Assembly (NCBI GenBank): GCA_963977015.1
Contig: CAXBMO010000002.1
Location: forward strand, 64,001-128,000
From: an uncultured bacterium
Lineage (GTDB): Bacteria; Verrucomicrobiota; Verrucomicrobiia; Verrucomicrobiales; DEV007
Direction: 5' to 3'
Length of the DNA stretch: 64,000 bases
Translations under genes and position numbers: made by a program
Notes under the pieces: model-generated
Database searches by the model: none
The model's input: the letters and a program-made list of their open reading frames with translations, nothing else
What the model was told of the DNA's origin: nothing
Shown here: positions 59,977 to 64,000 of the stretch, piece by piece
How positions within the stretch are numbered: the stretch's first letter is position 1
Layout: each line of letters starts with the position of its first letter

Positions 59977-60609
59977 TCAGATTTCCTTGCGTTTCAGCAC
60001 GGCTACGTGCCGGTCGACCGACTTGCCGCGAGTCTGTAACTTCCGGGAAACCTCATTGCGAGCCGAAATGATGGTCTCGCCGCCCTGTCCCTCGATCGCA
60101 GCCAAAGCCTGTTCGTGCTCTTTGTCGAAGTAGGACGTGATGATGAGGCGGCCGTCAGGCGACAGCTTTTCGAGAGCCTTGTGATAGATCTCCTCCCAGG
60201 TCCTCTGTCCATTCCACAGGTTTTGATGCCGCATAAAGATCACATCAAATTTCCCGGGCAATTCCTGATGTGTATCGAGCTTCCTCGCATCGCCATTCAA
60301 AAACTCGTAATCGATCGATGTCTGATTGTTCCCGTTGGCTTCTTTTCGAAACCGGGCAGCCGCGTCCGCGATTTCGCGCGCACGGATGTCCATCCCGGTT
60401 AGCTTCAAACTTCCGGCACTGCCTGGAGCCTTCAGACTCGCCAGAAACTGGGTCAGCGTTTCCGCTTCATCACAGGCGCCGCAGGCGAGGTCGAGGACTT
60501 GGAGATCCTCGGTGTGAACCAGTTTTTCCAGAAACCTGGCGTCCTTGTCGACGACTCGCTTCAGCATCGTTTCGAGACGATGCATATCTTCCTGGATTTT
60601 TTCGTTCAC
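59977..60609 (-). CDS. Class I SAM-dependent methyltransferase-like protein
   Basis: VLDLACG, GMD, GDA, FDVIF and L.PDG. Start taken at GTG 60609; the longer ORF overlaps the upstream gene. Confidence 0.75.
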   Translation of the reverse strand: MNEKIQEDMHRLETMLKRVVDKDARFLEKLVHTEDLQVLDLACGACDEAETLTQFLASLKAPGSAGSLKLTGMDIRAREIADAAARFRKEANGNNQTSIDYEFLNGDARKLDTHQELPGKFDVIFMRHQNLWNGQRTWEEIYHKALEKLSPDGRLIITSYFDKEHEQALAAIEGQGGETIISARNEVSRKLQTRGKSVDRHVAVLKRKEI

Positions 60610-60652
60610 GCGAATTCCTGAAGCCAAACGCTCCCAATTGCAACCCACACTG

Positions 60653-61621
60653 TTACGATTCCGAGGCGTAGAGCCGATATTGTTCCGCGACCTTGGCAGA
60701 CTCGGGATCGCCATGATGAAAATAGAGTCGATGGCGGAGAGACAACGTTTCCCCGACCGGGATGGTGTAGTCACCATCGCCACGTTTGGCCCCTTGCTTG
60801 GCCTCGAAATAGCCGGTTCCAAACCGGTTGGCGGTGATGAGTCCGTAGGTTCGGGCATGCCAGTGCGTCGGGAACCGGAGATTCGAGGGATGATCGAACA
60901 TGGCGATCCCAACCGTCTTTCCACTGGCTCCGGGCCCAAAGTAATCCGCCCATTCAGCTCGTTTTCCCCAAGCAGCTGCATTCTTGTCACCGTGGCTATT
61001 CAAGATTGTCCCCTTCCCCTGCTTCGTCGCCCGATGTTCCACCACCATCGAACTCGCCACGCGAACTCCCAAGCCTCCGTCTTTCTCATCGTGAAAGGTG
61101 ACGGGCGTTTCCACGGCATGGAACTCGACATCGAAATCCATCAACACCTGCCGGTTCTCCAGCGGATGAAACACGAGCCGGACTTTTTCCCGCATCACCA
61201 GCTTTCCATCCCCCATCCAATCATTCCAAAAAATCAGCTCACCGGTTTTGCCTGATTTCATCTTTTCAACGTTCTCGAGCCTGATCTCAACGTCATGCCC
61301 TCCCTGATTCGAATCGGGAGCCCAAAAACTCATCCCGTTCACATTGCGATGGGAAAACCGGATTGAGCGATGATGCTTGTGATCTTTCTGCTCGCCTTCC
61401 ACCCCGTCCTTCATCGGGAAATGCCGCGTGATGTTTTCTCCGTCCGGACCAATCACAGGATAGAGATACGGCGCCTTCCAATCCTGATGCCGCCATTCCG
61501 TGAAAAGCTGTCCATCGATCTCCACGCGAAATCGGTCTTCGAGTTCTGAGATCACCACTTCGGCGGAAGCCCAATTCCAGCTGAAGCAAGCCAACAAACA
61601 AAGCGCAAATAGGGGTTTCAT
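60653..61621 (-). CDS. DUF6807/'PmoA-family' secreted protein (not a methane monooxygenase)
   Basis: PYLYPV.GP, DHKHHRS, WGKRAEW.DY, DHPSN and WHARTYGL..ANRFG. Confidence 0.8.
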   Translation of the reverse strand: MKPLFALCLLACFSWNWASAEVVISELEDRFRVEIDGQLFTEWRHQDWKAPYLYPVIGPDGENITRHFPMKDGVEGEQKDHKHHRSIRFSHRNVNGMSFWAPDSNQGGHDVEIRLENVEKMKSGKTGELIFWNDWMGDGKLVMREKVRLVFHPLENRQVLMDFDVEFHAVETPVTFHDEKDGGLGVRVASSMVVEHRATKQGKGTILNSHGDKNAAAWGKRAEWADYFGPGASGKTVGIAMFDHPSNLRFPTHWHARTYGLITANRFGTGYFEAKQGAKRGDGDYTIPVGETLSLRHRLYFHHGDPESAKVAEQYRLYASES

Positions 61622-61666
61622 TGAGCTTGGACACGGAAGCTTCGCGCAATTCCTTGCGCACTCGTC

Positions 61667-63391
61667 TCAATTCATCGGATGAACCCGGGTGCCACCGAGC
61701 CAGGTTTCCTTCACTTCAATCTTCCGAACCTCCTCCATCGGACAGTTGAGAATGTCGCGGTCGAGAACGATGAAATCGGCCAGTTTGCCAACCTCCAACG
61801 ATCCTTTCTCCTTCTCCTCGAACGTGAGAAAGGCGTTGTTGATGGTGTAGAGCCGAATCGCCTGTTCGCGGGAAATTCGTTGGCGGGGATGAAGCGGTTC
61901 ATCCATCCAGCGCGGTTGCCGCGTCAAGGCGATCCACATTCCGAGAAACGGATTGTAGGGATTCACCGCGCGAAGACTGCCAATCTTCTGCATGTGATCG
62001 GATCCCCCGCCAACAACCACTCCTTTCTCAAACAACTCACGGTATGGTTGAAACCAGGTGAGGCGCGATTCGCCAAAGTGATGGGCCAGGGTGCTCCCAT
62101 CGAGATAGAGCCATGCAGGCTGCAAATCCGCAACAATTCCGTGTTCCGCCATTTTCGCGATCGCATCCTCGCTCATGAAGTTGCAATGCGTCACGCAAGG
62201 GCGCATTTCGCGAACCGGGAAATCGTTTTCCGCAATTCGGGAGTAGGCATTGACCAAGGTTTCAACGGCGCCGTCACCAACGGCATGAGCCGTGAATTGC
62301 AGATCCCGTTCCAAGGCGTATTTCGCGATTTCGTAGAGCTTACCGGGGTCGACATAGCGCATTCCACGATACTCGGGATCTTCGATTCCGTAGGAAGAGC
62401 TCAAGCCCCATGGTTCGCGCATGTAAGCGCTTCCAGTCAGCATGCCTCCGTCGAGAAAGATCTTCACGCCTCGAAGCCAAAGTTGATTGTTATAAGCGTG
62501 AAGCGGATGATTCGCGGTCTGATCCAGGCGCTTCTGAATGCTCTCGATCGATCCTCCCGCCCCGACTCCACGATAGAGGTAAACGCGACAGTTGAGCTGG
62601 TTCGCCCGCCAAAGCGCTTCATAAGCCCGAATTCCGCTGTCACTGGTGTTGCGATCGGAAAACCCGGTAATGCCGACCCGATTGTAGTCCGCGATGAGCT
62701 TCCGCAATTGCGCCAACCGGTCCTCAAAGCTCGGAGCCACTTTTTTGTGGGTGACTTTGATCAATCCTCCCGCACTACGAATGATTCCGGTCAATTCTCC
62801 AGTCGCAGGATCCCGCTCGATCCTCGCTTTTGAACCTTCCGGGACTTCAAAGTCGCGATCGATTCCCGAACGCGACAATGCCATCGAATTCACCGCCGCA
62901 TCTGGGCCGGTTCGGAAGTAAACGGGATTTTTCGGCGCGACTTCGTCCAATTCAGCCCGGGTCGGAAATCGGCGTTCGCGGAGGCGGGTGATGAAGACCT
63001 GAGACATCGTGATCCAGTCTCCGTCCTCTGCCTTCTCCGCCCGAGTTGCGATGTAGGTCAGCACATCATCGATGGTCTCGAAATCCGGGACTGAATGCGC
63101 AAACTCATACATCGCCGCGCTCGTGGAATGCGTGTGCGAATCGATCAAGCCCGGCAGAACCGTAGCTCCCTTCAAATCCGTTTGGCGGGTTTGATCGCCA
63201 GCCCATTTCTGGATCCCGACATTGGAACCAACCGCAACAATGCGGTCTCCGCGAATCGCGAATGCCTCAGCCACGGAGAACGCTTCATCAACCGTAACGA
63301 CCTTGCCGTTGGTAAAAATCAACTCGGCCGGTTCCTCGGACCAAGCCGTGCAGGGCAGAAGACAAAGAATCAGAAAAGCGGGGATTTTCAT
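61667..63391 (-). CDS. Secreted amidohydrolase-3 (YtcJ-like)
   Basis: PGLIDSHTH, KIFLDG, HAVGD, HC, GSD and GSLEVGKLADF. Confidence 0.9.
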   Translation of the reverse strand: MKIPAFLILCLLPCTAWSEEPAELIFTNGKVVTVDEAFSVAEAFAIRGDRIVAVGSNVGIQKWAGDQTRQTDLKGATVLPGLIDSHTHSTSAAMYEFAHSVPDFETIDDVLTYIATRAEKAEDGDWITMSQVFITRLRERRFPTRAELDEVAPKNPVYFRTGPDAAVNSMALSRSGIDRDFEVPEGSKARIERDPATGELTGIIRSAGGLIKVTHKKVAPSFEDRLAQLRKLIADYNRVGITGFSDRNTSDSGIRAYEALWRANQLNCRVYLYRGVGAGGSIESIQKRLDQTANHPLHAYNNQLWLRGVKIFLDGGMLTGSAYMREPWGLSSSYGIEDPEYRGMRYVDPGKLYEIAKYALERDLQFTAHAVGDGAVETLVNAYSRIAENDFPVREMRPCVTHCNFMSEDAIAKMAEHGIVADLQPAWLYLDGSTLAHHFGESRLTWFQPYRELFEKGVVVGGGSDHMQKIGSLRAVNPYNPFLGMWIALTRQPRWMDEPLHPRQRISREQAIRLYTINNAFLTFEEKEKGSLEVGKLADFIVLDRDILNCPMEEVRKIEVKETWLGGTRVHPMN

Positions 63392-63410
63392 GGTCGGACC
63401 CCGCAGCCTG

Positions 63411-64000
63411 TCAAAAAGACGTCTTCAGGTCAACCGGTCGAATCGCGGTCACGAGCGGACGGTGATCACTCGCCTTGGCCCACGCCTCGGAATCATCCTG
63501 AGTCGAGTAGTGGTAAATGAACGATCGATCTTGGTTGATCTCTCGATACAGGCCGCGGCTCACCATCACAAAATCGATCTTGGAATAGATCTCGGCGAAT
63601 GACCAATGGTGGGTCCAGCTCATCCCAAACCGGTCCTCCAAACGCAACGCCGTCAGGTAGCGATCACTCCCAAACCGGCCTTGCACGGCTTTGATGGGAA
63701 CTTCGTTTCTCGTGTCGTTGAAATCTCCGTAAACGAGCAAATTCACGTCAGGATCCTCGTCAAAAACCGCCTCGACGTGTTGACGGAGCAAATGCGCCTC
63801 ATTCCGGCGCATCAACGCCTGATCGGCATCCGGGACCGGTCGCTTGCTCTTCAAATGGCAACCCACGAGCCGAAGCTGGTAATCCGGATTCACCTGAACC
63901 GTCGCATCCAGAATCCCCCGGCTCAGCGCAAACTCCCGTTCGCCGATCTGGTAGGTCAGATCTCGAACCGATTGGCGGGCGACGATGGGGAACTGGCTCA
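63411..64000 (-). CDS. Endonuclease/exonuclease/phosphatase-family protein; 5' end outside the window
   Basis: HLKSK, GDFND, IDF and SDHRP. Confidence 0.85.
   Translation of the reverse strand, partial: SQFPIVARQSVRDLTYQIGEREFALSRGILDATVQVNPDYQLRLVGCHLKSKRPVPDADQALMRRNEAHLLRQHVEAVFDEDPDVNLLVYGDFNDTRNEVPIKAVQGRFGSDRYLTALRLEDRFGMSWTHHWSFAEIYSKIDFVMVSRGLYREINQDRSFIYHYSTQDDSEAWAKASDHRPLVTAIRPVDLKTSF

Noticed and set aside
60653..61621. Methane monooxygenase PmoA
   Set aside because: It is a soluble secreted beta-protein of the misnamed family; there is no pmoCAB context and no multi-TM topology.

Overview
This window looks like chromosomal DNA from a Verrucomicrobiota (PVC) bacterium. That assignment is inferred from the planctomycete-type cytochrome c (PSD1/DUF1549/DUF1553, DUF1592), DUF1501, Verru_Chthon-like pilin, Amuc_1098-like secretin and SHD1-domain genes. 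It is gene-dense, with about 42 plausible CDSs and one initiator-type tRNA-Met. Recognisable modules are: ECF sigma / FecR anti-sigma / PSD1 cytochrome / DUF1501 (8.0-14.6 kb); a five-gene pilin-like cassette (19.0-25.8 kb); phoH-HD-ybeY; a beta-CASP nuclease fused to an ATP-dependent DNA ligase, broken by a 1-nt frameshift; an Fe3+/polyamine-type ABC transporter; a secretin; two more ECF sigmas; and an orphan Cache-HAMP-PAS kinase. I saw no CRISPR array, rRNA, integrase or transposase. Best leads: (1) a tandem pair of membrane-anchored NPP-fold proteins that both lack the nucleophile and most metal ligands; (2) a candidate ~80-nt sRNA downstream of them whose seed is antisense to ACC-ATG-AAA start regions; (3) an atypical tRNA-fMet 3' end followed by an AT-rich, operator-rich region encoding an RHH protein; (4) a catalytically dead amidase-like gene upstream of the secretin; (5) a YfbK-type anti-sigma lacking its vWA domain; (6) a BacNav channel with the TLEDWTD filter. 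All family calls come from motif recognition by eye, not from database searches.
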